A stretch of 64,000 nucleotides of DNA from an uncultured Thermoleophilia bacterium (GTDB taxonomy: Bacteria; Actinomycetota; Thermoleophilia; UBA2241), in the NCBI GenBank assembly GCA_963715985.1, contig CAVQSP010000010.1:32001-96000 (forward strand), read 5' to 3'. The notes beneath the pieces were generated by a model that was not told the DNA's origin, made no database searches, and saw nothing but the letters and a program-made list of their open reading frames with translations. A program made the position numbers and the translations under genes. Shown in pieces: positions 43,121 through 52,690 of this stretch. Every line of letters begins with the position of its first letter. Positions within the stretch are counted from its first letter, which is position 1.

Positions 43121-43828
43121 TTAGAACTCGCGGAACTTGTAGCCGATGTTACGGACGGTGAAGATGAACTCGGGGTCCTTGGGGTCGCTCTCCAGCTTCT
43201 CGCGCAGGTGGCGGATGTGCACATCCACGGTGCGCGCGTCGCGGTAGTCGGAGTCGCCCCACACCAGCTGCAGCAGGAGCTGGCGGCTGTACACGCGGCC
43301 CGGGTGTGAGATGAGGGTCTTGAGGATCTCGAACTCGATGTAGGTGAGGTCGACCTTGGCTCCGCGCAGGATGACGTTGCGCTTGAGCAGGTCGACCTCG
43401 AGCTCGTCGACCTTGATGACCTCTTTCTTGGCCGCCTCGGCACTGCGGCTCATCTCGGCGCGCCGCAGCTGGGCGCGCACGCGGCTGCGGAACTCGCGCA
43501 GGCTGAACTTGTCTTTGGTGATGTAGTCGTCGGCGCCGATCTCCAGGCCGAGGACCTTGTCGAACTCCTCCGACTTGGCGGTGAGCATGATGATCGGCAC
43601 GATGCTCTGGGCGCGGATGCGGCGGCACACCTCCATGCCGTCCACGTGCGGCAGCATGAGGTCGAGGATCACGAGGTCGAAGCTCTCGCGGGCGAACGTC
43701 TCGAGAGCTTCCTCTCCGTCGCGTGCGGTGACGACGTGGTAGCCCTCCTTCTCGAGAGGGAAGCGCAGCAGCTTGAGGATGGCCTCCTCGTCGTCTACCA
43801 GCAGGATGCGGGCTCCGGTGTCCGCCAT
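43121..43828 (-). CDS. OmpR/PhoB family response regulator
   Basis: ILLVDDE, LDLMLP..DG, MLTAK, GADDYITK, RTVDVHIRHLREKLE, TVRNIGY. Confidence 0.95.
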   Translation of the reverse strand: MADTGARILLVDDEEAILKLLRFPLEKEGYHVVTARDGEEALETFARESFDLVILDLMLPHVDGMEVCRRIRAQSIVPIIMLTAKSEEFDKVLGLEIGADDYITKDKFSLREFRSRVRAQLRRAEMSRSAEAAKKEVIKVDELEVDLLKRNVILRGAKVDLTYIEFEILKTLISHPGRVYSRQLLLQLVWGDSDYRDARTVDVHIRHLREKLESDPKDPEFIFTVRNIGYKFREF

Positions 43829-44484
43829 CAGGTCTCCCCCTTCTCGGCGCGCGCGGGCTCCCGCGGTGCGGCCAGTCCGCGCACGCGAAAACCGGCGCCC
43901 AGTGCGGCGGCGATGGCCTCGCACCCTGCGAGGTCGGCGCCGGCGCAGTCGACGGCCGTCAGCGTGGTCTCGATGTCGTGCCTCACACACTGTTCGGCAA
44001 ACTGGATCACGGCCCTGTGCGTCTTCGCGAACACGGGCCGGCAGATGTCGTCGTAGGACTCCGGGTCGGCGGCGTTGAGGCTCACGGTGACGGCGTCCAG
44101 GCCGGCCGCCGCGAGGGCCGCCGGCACGTCCACGTCCGGGTTGAGCAGGCTGCCGTGCCCGTTGGTGTCGAGGCGCGCGTGGATGCGCCTGAGATGCAGC
44201 CACTCCGTGACCGCCAGCACCAGGTCGAGGCGCATGGTGGGCTCGCCGAAGCCACAGAACACGACCTCGGCCGCCGGTCCGTCCAGGAAGGCGAGCTCGA
44301 CGGCCGTCGTGACCTCGTCGGGCTCGGGCTCCCTCTCGAGTACCAGGCTCTCGCCGTACACGCCGTCCGTCCACTCGCGGAGGCAGAAGCGGCAGGAGCA
44401 GGAGCAGCGATTGGTGAGGTTCAGGTACAGCGCGTCGTGGCCGCGGTAGACGATGGTGCCTGGGGGAGCAAGAGGTGTGGTCAT
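43828..44484 (-). CDS. Radical SAM protein, TatD-associated family
   Basis: LYLNLTNRCSCSCRFC (CxxxCxxC), L.LEREP, VVFCGFGEPT, DTNGHG, VSLNA. Confidence 0.88.
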   Translation of the reverse strand: MTTPLAPPGTIVYRGHDALYLNLTNRCSCSCRFCLREWTDGVYGESLVLEREPEPDEVTTAVELAFLDGPAAEVVFCGFGEPTMRLDLVLAVTEWLHLRRIHARLDTNGHGSLLNPDVDVPAALAAAGLDAVTVSLNAADPESYDDICRPVFAKTHRAVIQFAEQCVRHDIETTLTAVDCAGADLAGCEAIAAALGAGFRVRGLAAPREPARAEKGET

Positions 44485-44664
44485 GAGGGGGCTGGGTCGG
44501 ACGGCATGTCGATGGCTGGGGTCGCCTGGAGGGCGGGAAGAGCTTCTGGAGTATAGCAGGGTACAATTGGCCCCCATGCTCCGCCGCCCGACATCCGTTG
44601 CCGCCGCTGCGCATGCCCGCGATTCGCAGGTCGCGCATGTCCGCGTCCGCCGTTCGGGGCTCAC

Positions 44665-45705
44665 GTGAGCACGCTCCCCGGCATGGAGGCGATGCTGTAC
44701 GAGAAGCTGGCCGACGGGGAGGTGCAGTGCCACGTCTGCCCGCGGCTCTGTCGCATCGCGCCCGGCAAGAGCGGTGTGTGCCGGGCGCGCCACAACGCCG
44801 ACGGCACCCTCATCGCCATCACCTACGGGCGCGTGTGCAGCGTGGCCGCCGACCCTATCGAGAAGAAGCCCCTGTACCACTTCTTCCCCGGTACCACCGT
44901 GCTCTCGCTGGGCAGTGTGGGCTGCAACTTCACGTGCCGGCACTGTCAGAACTGGCAGATAGCGCACGCCGACCCCGGCGAGGCGGCGCGCGATCTGCGC
45001 GAGCTGCCGGTGCGTAACCTGCCGGTGCTGGCCGACCATAACGACTGCCAGGGCGTTGCCTGGACCTACAACGAGCCCACCATCTGGCTCGAGTACATCC
45101 TGGACGGCGCCCAGCTGGCGCACGAGCACGGCCTCTACACGGTGATGGTGACCAACGGCTACATCACCGAAGAGGCGCTCGACGTGCTGGCGCCTCACAT
45201 CGACGCCTACCGCGTGGACGTCAAAGGCTTCACCGACGACCAGTACCAGGAGTTGTGCCGTATCCGCGACATGTCCCCGGTGCTGGCCGCAGCCGTGCGC
45301 GCTCAGGAGGTCCACGGCTGTCATGTGGAGATCGTCACCAACGTGATCCCCACGTTCAACGACGACGACGAGACCCTTCGCGGCATCGCGGCCTGGATCG
45401 CCGCCGAGCTCGGTCCCGACACGCCGTGGCACGTGACGCGCTTCATGCCGTATCTCGAGTACGCCCATCTCTCGCCGACGCCGGTCAGAACGCTCGAGCG
45501 TGCGGTGCACGTCGGGCGCGACGCCGGCCTGCGTTTCGTGTACCTGGGCAATGTGCCGGGGCACGAGGGCGAGAACACGATGTGCCCCAACTGCAGGCGG
45601 CTTCTGGTCAGGCGCACCGGCCATGCGGTTGAGGATGTCGCGCTGCGGGGAACATTCTGTGCGATGTGTGGGGCCAACGTGCACATTCGCACCTCCATCA
45701 AGTGA
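44665..45705 (+). CDS. amrS: AmmeMemoRadiSam system radical SAM enzyme
   Basis: CHVCPRLC..G.CRAR, DPIEKKPLYHF.PG, GCNFTCRHCQNW, TYNEP, YLGNV, CPNC. Confidence 0.9.
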   Translation: MSTLPGMEAMLYEKLADGEVQCHVCPRLCRIAPGKSGVCRARHNADGTLIAITYGRVCSVAADPIEKKPLYHFFPGTTVLSLGSVGCNFTCRHCQNWQIAHADPGEAARDLRELPVRNLPVLADHNDCQGVAWTYNEPTIWLEYILDGAQLAHEHGLYTVMVTNGYITEEALDVLAPHIDAYRVDVKGFTDDQYQELCRIRDMSPVLAAAVRAQEVHGCHVEIVTNVIPTFNDDDETLRGIAAWIAAELGPDTPWHVTRFMPYLEYAHLSPTPVRTLERAVHVGRDAGLRFVYLGNVPGHEGENTMCPNCRRLLVRRTGHAVEDVALRGTFCAMCGANVHIRTSIK

Positions 45706-45751
45706 CGGACGTATTGGCGCGTTGACGTTCGGACGGATAGGATTCGACCCC

Positions 45752-46174
45752 GTGAACGACTACGTGAAGATGGACATTCCCGCCAAGGCCGAGTACGTGG
45801 TGCTCGGCCGCCTCGCGCTCGCGGGCCTGCTGCGCTCCCGCGGCTTCTCCGAGGACGCCGTGGCGGACCTCAAGCTGGCGCTCACGGAGGCGTGCTCCAA
45901 CTCCGTGCGGCACGCCTACGACCACGACCAGGGTCAGGTGCACCTGGGCTTCACCGTGCACCGGGACCGCGTCACCATCGAGATCCGCGATGAGGGCGGC
46001 GGGTTCCACGAGGACGACGTCGACTGCCCGGAGTGTCAGGGCATGCCGGAGATCCACCTGGCCGAGGGCGGCATGGGCATCTCCATCATCCGCGCCGTCG
46101 TGGACGACTTCGATCTGCGTCGCGGGGACGGCGGCGGCACCGTGCTCGTGCTCACCAAGCTGCGCGACCTCTGA
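45752..46174 (+). CDS. Anti-sigma factor / Ser kinase, RsbW-like
   Basis: IPAKAEYV, DLKLALTEACSNSVRHAY, D.G.GF, EGGMG. Confidence 0.88.
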   Translation: MNDYVKMDIPAKAEYVVLGRLALAGLLRSRGFSEDAVADLKLALTEACSNSVRHAYDHDQGQVHLGFTVHRDRVTIEIRDEGGGFHEDDVDCPECQGMPEIHLAEGGMGISIIRAVVDDFDLRRGDGGGTVLVLTKLRDL

Positions 46175-46364
46175 CGGCTCGCGCCGTCGCCTCCCGCCGC
46201 ATCCAGCCGCTGGGCGCCTCCGCTCCCGGTGCTGCGTCCCCGGCCGGCTGAGTCTGCTGCGTGCCACCGGGGTTTAGCCCTGCGCCGCCTTCTGGGAACA
46301 ACCTGAGTCAGTGAAGGTGTGGGGCGCGCCGGCGGCGGGCCCCTCGGCGGGAGGTCCCGGCGTG

Positions 46365-48466
46365 GTGAAGACCCTGCAGCAACCGGTCCTGGCGCACGTG
46401 CTCTTCGACGAGGCGCACGGCGAGGCGTGGTCGATCCGCCCCGAGGCGGCGGCCCAGATGCGCCCTGAGCATCCCGCTGCCGCCTCGTACGCGGTCGCGG
46501 CCACCGCGCTCGCGGAGCGGGACTTCGCGGTGGCCGTCCACCCGTCCGGCCCCCTGGAAGGCGAGGCGCTCGCGGCCGCCGACGTGCTCGTCATCGCACA
46601 TCCCTCCGACCCGGCCTGGGAAGGCACGCTCGGAGGCTCGCCGCGCCTCTCCGGGCCGGAGATCGACGCGGTGGAGGAGTTCGTGGGCCGCGGCGGCGGC
46701 CTGCTGGTGCTGGGCGAGACGGAGCAGCGCAAGTACGGCGACAACCTCAACGACCTGCTGGCTCGGTTCGGCGTCCGGCTCGACAACACCACGGTCTTCG
46801 ACTACGCGGGATCCCCGGAGGCGCCCACGTGGGCGCCGGCTGTCGCGGAAGCGACGGCCGCCGCGCCGGCGCTGCTGCATCTGGTGAGGGAGTCACGCTT
46901 CTATCGCGCCGGCTCGCTCACGGCCGACGCGCCCGGAGCTGTGGTGCTGCGCACGGGCGCGCACGCAGCGCCTGCAGGCGCCGCCCTTCTCGCGGCCGTG
47001 ACCCACGGCCACGGCCGCGTGGTGGTCGCGGCCGACTCAGACCTGTTCGGCGACGACTTCCTCACCAGGCACGACCACCTGCAGCTGTGGCTCAACGTCT
47101 TCTACTGGCTGGCGCGCCCCGCCTTCGCCGGCGAGGACGGTGCGCTGGCTTCGGACGCCGCTGCCGACCCGTGGTGGGCGCGGCTGCGCGACGAGACCGA
47201 CGCGCTGCGCCTCCTCCAGGAGCCGCGGGGCGAGGTGGATGGAACGGCCGTCGACGCGCAGGTGGTGCGCGGGCACGTGGACGTCATGGTCGAGGCCGTC
47301 CAGGCGCTTGCACCGCGCTTCGCACACCAGCGCGCCTACCTCGAGCAGGTGACCCGCGACCTGCGTGCCTGGGTGGACGGCGGCTGCGGCCGCCCGGACT
47401 TCGGCGCGTCGCTCGAGCTGCTCAGGCCGGAGCGGGAGCGCCGCGACGGGGTCGAGCACCTCGTGGTGCTCCCGCTCTACACGCCCAACGGGTCGCCGGA
47501 CACGCGCTTCGAGGCGCTCCTGGTGCGGACCCCGTGGCCGCCGTTCGTGGATCAGCTCGAGCGCACCGAGTTCGACAACGGCAAGTTCGTGCCGGTGCAG
47601 CTCGTGGACCACACGGCGGGGTACGCCGGCGAATGCGCCGTGCTCTTCCCCGAGACGGTGAGCCTGTCGGGGCGCCCGAGCAACAACTTCGGCGCCATCT
47701 TCTGCGATCGCGAGTCCCGCCGCTTCCGGCGTACGACGTTGGCAGCCGCGGAGGTGCTTCACCTCGACCTGCCGCCGGACGCCGCCGCCCTGGTCAGCTC
47801 CCCCGAGCTCTCCCTGCAGACGTACATCCTCTGGGACCTCATCCACGACCGCTGGCACAGCCACGGCGATCTGCCCTTCGACCCGTTCATGATCCGCCAG
47901 CGCCTGCCCTACTGGATGTACTCGCTGGAGGAGCTGCGCGTGGACCTCGCGACCTACGGCAGCGCAGGGGAGCTGGCGCGTCGCGGCTTCCACTTCGCGA
48001 GGTACGTGCAGTACGCGATCCTCTTCGACCGCATCCTGCGCTTCCCCATCACGGGCTCGCGGGTGCGCAACTACGACGGGCTGGGCGGCCAGCTGCTCTT
48101 CGCCTTCCTGCACCGCCGTGGCGCCGTGGCGTGGACCGACAACAGGCTCAGCATCAGCCTGGGACCAGGTGGACGACGCGGTCGCCGAGCTGCGCACCCG
48201 CGTCGACGACCTGTACCGGCGCGGCATCGACCTGAGCAAGAGTGGCCTACTGGGCGGCGGCGCACGACCTGGTGGCCGAGTCCGTGGAGCCCAACGTGGC
48301 CTCGCTGTGGCGCCGCGAGGCGCGCGTGGTCTCCGATGAGGCGGAGCCGCGCGAGTGGGTGGACCGCGTGCTCGACGACGAGTTCCCGCTCAGCACGTTC
48401 TACCTCGCGCTGCAGAAGAAGCTGGCGGAGGCGGCCGGGCCGCCGGCCGCACCGGCCGCCGTATGA
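46365..48466 (+). CDS. DUF6421-like protein with an N-terminal DUF4350/GATase-like domain (frameshifts near 48160 and 48241)
   Basis: N-terminal VLFDEAHGE, GGGLLVLGE, ADSDLF; C-terminal LYTPNGS, CAVLFPE, IFCDRE, WDLIHDRWHSHGDLPFDPFMIRQR, EELRVD, NYDGLGGQ. Confidence 0.75.
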
Positions 48467-49182
48467 CGCACGGCACCGTCGCGGGGCTGGCGGGCGTCTT
48501 CGGCCTCGACGACCTCCAGGTCGTGGCTCTGGACCGCTACGTCGACCTGCTGCTGGCCTGGCGCGGCAACGTCACCGGCCTCACCACGCGTGACGAAGTC
48601 GTGGGCACCTTGCTGGGCGACGCGCTGGCGCTCCTGGACGTCGACGCGCTTCGGGAACGGGCCGGCGCCCCGTGGGTGGATCTGGGCGCCGGCGCCGGCA
48701 TCCCCGGCATCCCTCTCGCTGTGGCCGAGCCCGCCGCCAGAGTGACGCTCCTCGAGGCGGCGTCCCGCAAGTGCGCGTTCCTGGAGGCGGCGGTCGAGGC
48801 CGCCGGCCTGGACGACCGCTGCGTGGTGGAGTGCGCGCGCAGCGAGCGATCTGCGGCGGCCGGCGCGGCGGGCCGTGAGGCGTACGCAGTCGTGCTGGCG
48901 CGCGCCGTGGCGCCGCTCCCGGTCCTTGTGGAGCTGGCCGCGCCGCTGCTCGCGTCCGGCGGCGTGCTGCTGGCCAGCAAGACCGGCCGCGCTCTGCGGG
49001 ACGAGGGCCCGGCTGCCGAGGTCGTGGCCGGTCTGTGCGGCATGGCGGCGCGGCCGCCGCAGGCGCTGCCGCGCTCCCCGCTGGACGACGCCGTCTGTGC
49101 GCTGTTCGAGAAGGTGGAGCCGACGCCCGCGCGTCTGCCGCGGCGTGAAGGCCAGGCCGCCAAACGGCCGCTGGCTCGCTGA
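48463..49182 (+). CDS. rsmG: 16S rRNA m7G527 methyltransferase RsmG (GidB)
   Basis: DLGAGAGIPGIPLA, LLEA..RK..FL, ARAVA, PRREG...KRPL; precedes parA. Confidence 0.9.
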   Translation: MTHGTVAGLAGVFGLDDLQVVALDRYVDLLLAWRGNVTGLTTRDEVVGTLLGDALALLDVDALRERAGAPWVDLGAGAGIPGIPLAVAEPAARVTLLEAASRKCAFLEAAVEAAGLDDRCVVECARSERSAAAGAAGREAYAVVLARAVAPLPVLVELAAPLLASGGVLLASKTGRALRDEGPAAEVVAGLCGMAARPPQALPRSPLDDAVCALFEKVEPTPARLPRREGQAAKRPLAR

Positions 49183-49233
49183 CCGGCCGCCACGCGCCAT
49201 CTGCTAGTATCGGTGCCCCGCGAAAGGAGCCCG

Positions 49234-49998
49234 GTGACTCGCGTCATCGCCGTGACCAACCAGAAGGGCGGGGTCGGCAAGACCACCACCGCCGTCAATC
49301 TGGCCGCGTGCATCGCCCAGGCCGGCTTCGAGGTGCTGCTCATCGACATGGACCCCCAGGCCAACGCCACGGCCGGGCTCGGGTGCAGGGCACCGGACTC
49401 GAGGCGCAGCAGCTACGGCGTGCTCGGCGGTGCCGCCAGCGTCGCGGAGGCCACGCTGCACACGGGCGTGGAGCACCTTGCGCTCCTGCCGGCCTGTCCG
49501 GACCTGGCCGGAGCCGTCGTCGAGCTCGCCAACGCGCACGCGAGCGAGTACGTGCTCGACTACGCCCTCACCGCCCGGCTCGAGGCCTACGACTTCGTCT
49601 TCATCGACTGTCCCCCGTCACTCGGTGTACTGACGCTCAACGCCCTGGTCGCGGCGCGCGAGGTGCTCATCCCGGTGCAGAGCGAGTACTACGCGCTCGA
49701 GGGTCTTGCCCAGCTGCTGGATACCGTGGCGCTGGTGCAGGAGCATCTCAACCGCGAGCTCCGCATCCTCGGTGTGGTGGTGACCATGTACGACGGGCGC
49801 ACCAGGCTGGGCCGGGAGGTGGCCGGCGACGTGCGTGAGCACCTCGGCGACTTCGTGTTCGACACCGTCGTGCCGCGCAACGTGCGGCTCAGCGAGGCCC
49901 CGAGTCACGGGCTGCCCATCTCAAGCTATGATGCCACCTGCGCCGGCAGCGACGCGTACTTCGATCTCGCCAAGGAGGTCGTCTCCCGTGACGGATAA
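49234..49998 (+). CDS. parA: Chromosome partitioning ATPase ParA/Soj
   Basis: NQKGGVGKTTT, IDMDPQANAT, IDCPPSLG, EYYALEG, PRNVRLSEAPS. Confidence 0.95.
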   Translation: MTRVIAVTNQKGGVGKTTTAVNLAACIAQAGFEVLLIDMDPQANATAGLGCRAPDSRRSSYGVLGGAASVAEATLHTGVEHLALLPACPDLAGAVVELANAHASEYVLDYALTARLEAYDFVFIDCPPSLGVLTLNALVAAREVLIPVQSEYYALEGLAQLLDTVALVQEHLNRELRILGVVVTMYDGRTRLGREVAGDVREHLGDFVFDTVVPRNVRLSEAPSHGLPISSYDATCAGSDAYFDLAKEVVSRDG

Positions 49999-50938
49999 GA
50001 AGGCTCTGGGCCGAGGTCTCGGGGCCCTCATCGGTGACAGCAGGGCGGCCTTGGCGCGCGGTGGGTCCGGGGGCAGCGAGAGTCGCCTGCGCGAGCTGCC
50101 GCTGGCGGAGATCGCCGTGAACCGTCGCCAGCCGCGCCGCACGTTCTCCGCCGACGAGCTCGACGAGCTGGCAGCCTCCATCAAGGCGCTCGGCGTGGTG
50201 CAGCCGGTGGTCGTACGGCCGCTCGCGGCGACCGCGGTGGACGCGCCCGGCGCGGGAGCACCCGCGGCGGCCGGCGCGGCTCCGGCCGGAGCCGCCGCGC
50301 CGCGTTTCGAGCTCATCGCCGGCGAGCGCCGCCTGCGGGCCGCCCGGCTCGCCGGCCTCGAGAGCATCCCGGCCCTGGTGCGGCCCGCCGACGAGGTCGC
50401 CTCTCTGGAGATCGCGCTGGCCGAGAACGTGGCGCGCGAGGATCTCAACAGCATCGAGGAGGCGCAGGCCTACGCCGCGCTCGTGGACGAGTTCGGGGTC
50501 ACGCACGAGCGCGTGGCCGAGCTGGTGGGGCGCAGCCGCGTGGCGGTGACCAACCTCCTGCGCCTGCTGGAGCTCCCCGACGATGTGCAGCGCATGCTCG
50601 AGCAGGGCGAGCTGAGCGAGGGACACGGACGCGCGCTGCTGGCCCTGCCTGACCACGAGCAGCGACGCAAGATCGCGCGGCTGGTGGTCGCCCAGGGCCT
50701 GTCGGTGCGTCAGGTCGAGGCGCTGGTGCGCAAACTCAACGACGAGGCGGCCGGCACGGCGCCTGCGGCGCGCCCGCCCGCCCCCGACTTCTCCGATCTC
50801 GTGGACGAGCTCTACGGCGTGCTCGAGGCGCCGGTGCGCATCACCAGCGGGGCGCGCGGCGGGAGTATCCAGATCGCCTTCAAGAGCAAGGCGGAGCTGG
50901 AGCGCATCGTCGCGCTTCTGCGCTCTCTCGGGGTCTGA
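49988..50938 (+). CDS. parB: Chromosome partitioning protein ParB/Spo0J
   Basis: KALGRGLGAL, QPR, IAGERRLRA, ENVAREDL, GRSR..V.N.LRLL, GHGRALL. Confidence 0.95.
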   Translation: MTDKKALGRGLGALIGDSRAALARGGSGGSESRLRELPLAEIAVNRRQPRRTFSADELDELAASIKALGVVQPVVVRPLAATAVDAPGAGAPAAAGAAPAGAAAPRFELIAGERRLRAARLAGLESIPALVRPADEVASLEIALAENVAREDLNSIEEAQAYAALVDEFGVTHERVAELVGRSRVAVTNLLRLLELPDDVQRMLEQGELSEGHGRALLALPDHEQRRKIARLVVAQGLSVRQVEALVRKLNDEAAGTAPAARPPAPDFSDLVDELYGVLEAPVRITSGARGGSIQIAFKSKAELERIVALLRSLGV

Positions 50939-51000
50939 CGCTCCGTCGCTGGGGGGCGACGCGACACGACTCCGCGCGTCGCGCCCGCGCGCTCCCCGCC

Positions 51001-51585
51001 TCAGGGCGCGGGCGCCTGGTCCGGGGAGACCGTGATGCCGACCGACGGTGTGGTGGGGGCCGGCGTCGGCGTCGTCGCGTAGGGATCCGTGGTCGGATAG
51101 TCGGTCGTGGTCGGATACGGCGTCTCCGTCGCGCCCGGCGTGGTCGTCGTCTCCCCGCTCGGGGTGGAGCCGGGCGGTACGGACCCGGCGGGCACGTAGA
51201 CCACCGTGCCGTCTGCGAGCGTGTAGAACGCGCCCAGCAGCGTGCCCACGCCCGTGATCTGCGCCCCGCTGTTCATGTCGAGCTTCGTGATCTGGTCACC
51301 GTCCTTGACGACCACCTGCATCTCGGGGGTGCCCGGGTTGGTGACGATCGTCATGGTGTCGCTGGTCAGGAGTCCGGTGATGCCCGCCGCGGTCAGCGCC
51401 GCCACGAGGAAGCCCACGGCGAGAACGATGGCCACGTCGAAGAGGTTGACGATGCCGTCCAGAGGATCTCCATTGCGGTCGGCCGTGCCGACGCGCCGCC
51501 GGCGCATGTAGCGCAGCCCGGTCGCCGGCGCCTCGTAGATGCTGCCGACGTCGTGGAGGGTGGGGTGGTCGTCAGAAGCAGGCAC
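51001..51585 (-). CDS. DUF2149 family membrane protein with a Pro/Thr-rich tail
   Basis: DPLDGIVNLFDVAIVLAVG, NPGTPEMQVVVK.G, G..LG..Y.L.DG..VYVP. Confidence 0.85.
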   Translation of the reverse strand: MPASDDHPTLHDVGSIYEAPATGLRYMRRRRVGTADRNGDPLDGIVNLFDVAIVLAVGFLVAALTAAGITGLLTSDTMTIVTNPGTPEMQVVVKDGDQITKLDMNSGAQITGVGTLLGAFYTLADGTVVYVPAGSVPPGSTPSGETTTTPGATETPYPTTTDYPTTDPYATTPTPAPTTPSVGITVSPDQAPAP

Positions 51586-51594
51586 GCGGCCCTC

Positions 51595-52683
51595 TCACCG
51601 GCCCCCGGACGAGCCTCCGGCTCCGGGGGCGGGCCCGGCCGGCGGCTGGGGGTCGACGGGGCCCAGGTCCGCGAACGGGTCGTCGTCGCGGTGCCAGCTC
51701 ATGGAGGGGTCGTCGAAGGTGAGCGGCGACGCCTCCGCGGCTGTCTGCGCGCCCTTGATGGTCGCCGGGGCCGCCGCCGTGTCGGCCGCCGCAGCGGCGC
51801 CGACCACGGGCATGCTCTGTGTGGGGTTCTCGGCCTCGAGGCTCGCCGCCTCCGGCTGCCACGCCGGCTGGGAACCGGCCGCGAGAACGGCTCTGCCGCC
51901 ATTGCCGGAGGCGACCGGCACGAGCGGCTCCACGGGCACCTCGTCCAGCACCGGGATGACCATGCCGCGCTCGACGTCCGCGCCGTCCACGACGTAGTCG
52001 ATCTCCGGGTCGGCGTCCCACACGCCCTTCTTGTTGCGCTTGCGCCCGGAGCGCAGCCTGCCGCTGCCGCCCTCGAGGAGCTCGAGCAGGTACTCCATGT
52101 CGGAGATGTCCTGCGAGTACATACGGTCGCGGACGATGCTGATGACGAAGGCGATACCGCCGATGAGCAGGCCGATCACCGTGACCGAGAAGGCGGTGAC
52201 CAGGTTGTCCGCGAGCGCGGTGGTGTCGCCGGTGGCCAGGCCGACGAGCGCCGGGGAGAGCGGGATCAGCGTGCCCATGAGGCCGAGCATCGGGCCGATG
52301 CGCACGAGGATGCGCGTACGCTCGAGGCGCTTGACCGTGTAGAACTCGTACTCCTGGAGCAGCTTGAGCGGCTTGGCCGCGAGCCGCTGGGTCTGGTAGT
52401 TGCGGATGAGGTCGAACAGGAACCGGGCCACGATGAGCGAGTAGTTGTTCTCCTGCAGGTAGCGGTAGGCCGTCCGCGGCTTGCCGTCCTCGAACGCCCT
52501 GCGGGCCCGGAGCGTGCGCGCCTCGAGCGCGTCGAGGTCGCGGTAGCGGAACCGCAGGTACAGCTCGTAGAGGAAGAAGCCGAACTCGATGAGCACCCAC
52601 ACGAGGCACAGCAGCGCGGCGATGAGCACGGGCCACAGAAGCACCCGCGAGATGTTGTAGATGACCTCTTGGAGGCCGTTCAC
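51595..52683 (-). CDS. MotA/TolQ/ExbB proton-channel family protein with a long disordered C-terminus
   Basis: RIGPMLGLMGTLIPLSPAL, LVTAFSVTVIGL; N-terminal TM helix. Confidence 0.88.
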   Translation of the reverse strand: MNGLQEVIYNISRVLLWPVLIAALLCLVWVLIEFGFFLYELYLRFRYRDLDALEARTLRARRAFEDGKPRTAYRYLQENNYSLIVARFLFDLIRNYQTQRLAAKPLKLLQEYEFYTVKRLERTRILVRIGPMLGLMGTLIPLSPALVGLATGDTTALADNLVTAFSVTVIGLLIGGIAFVISIVRDRMYSQDISDMEYLLELLEGGSGRLRSGRKRNKKGVWDADPEIDYVVDGADVERGMVIPVLDEVPVEPLVPVASGNGGRAVLAAGSQPAWQPEAASLEAENPTQSMPVVGAAAAADTAAAPATIKGAQTAAEASPLTFDDPSMSWHRDDDPFADLGPVDPQPPAGPAPGAGGSSGGR

Positions 52684-52690
52684 GCTTCTG

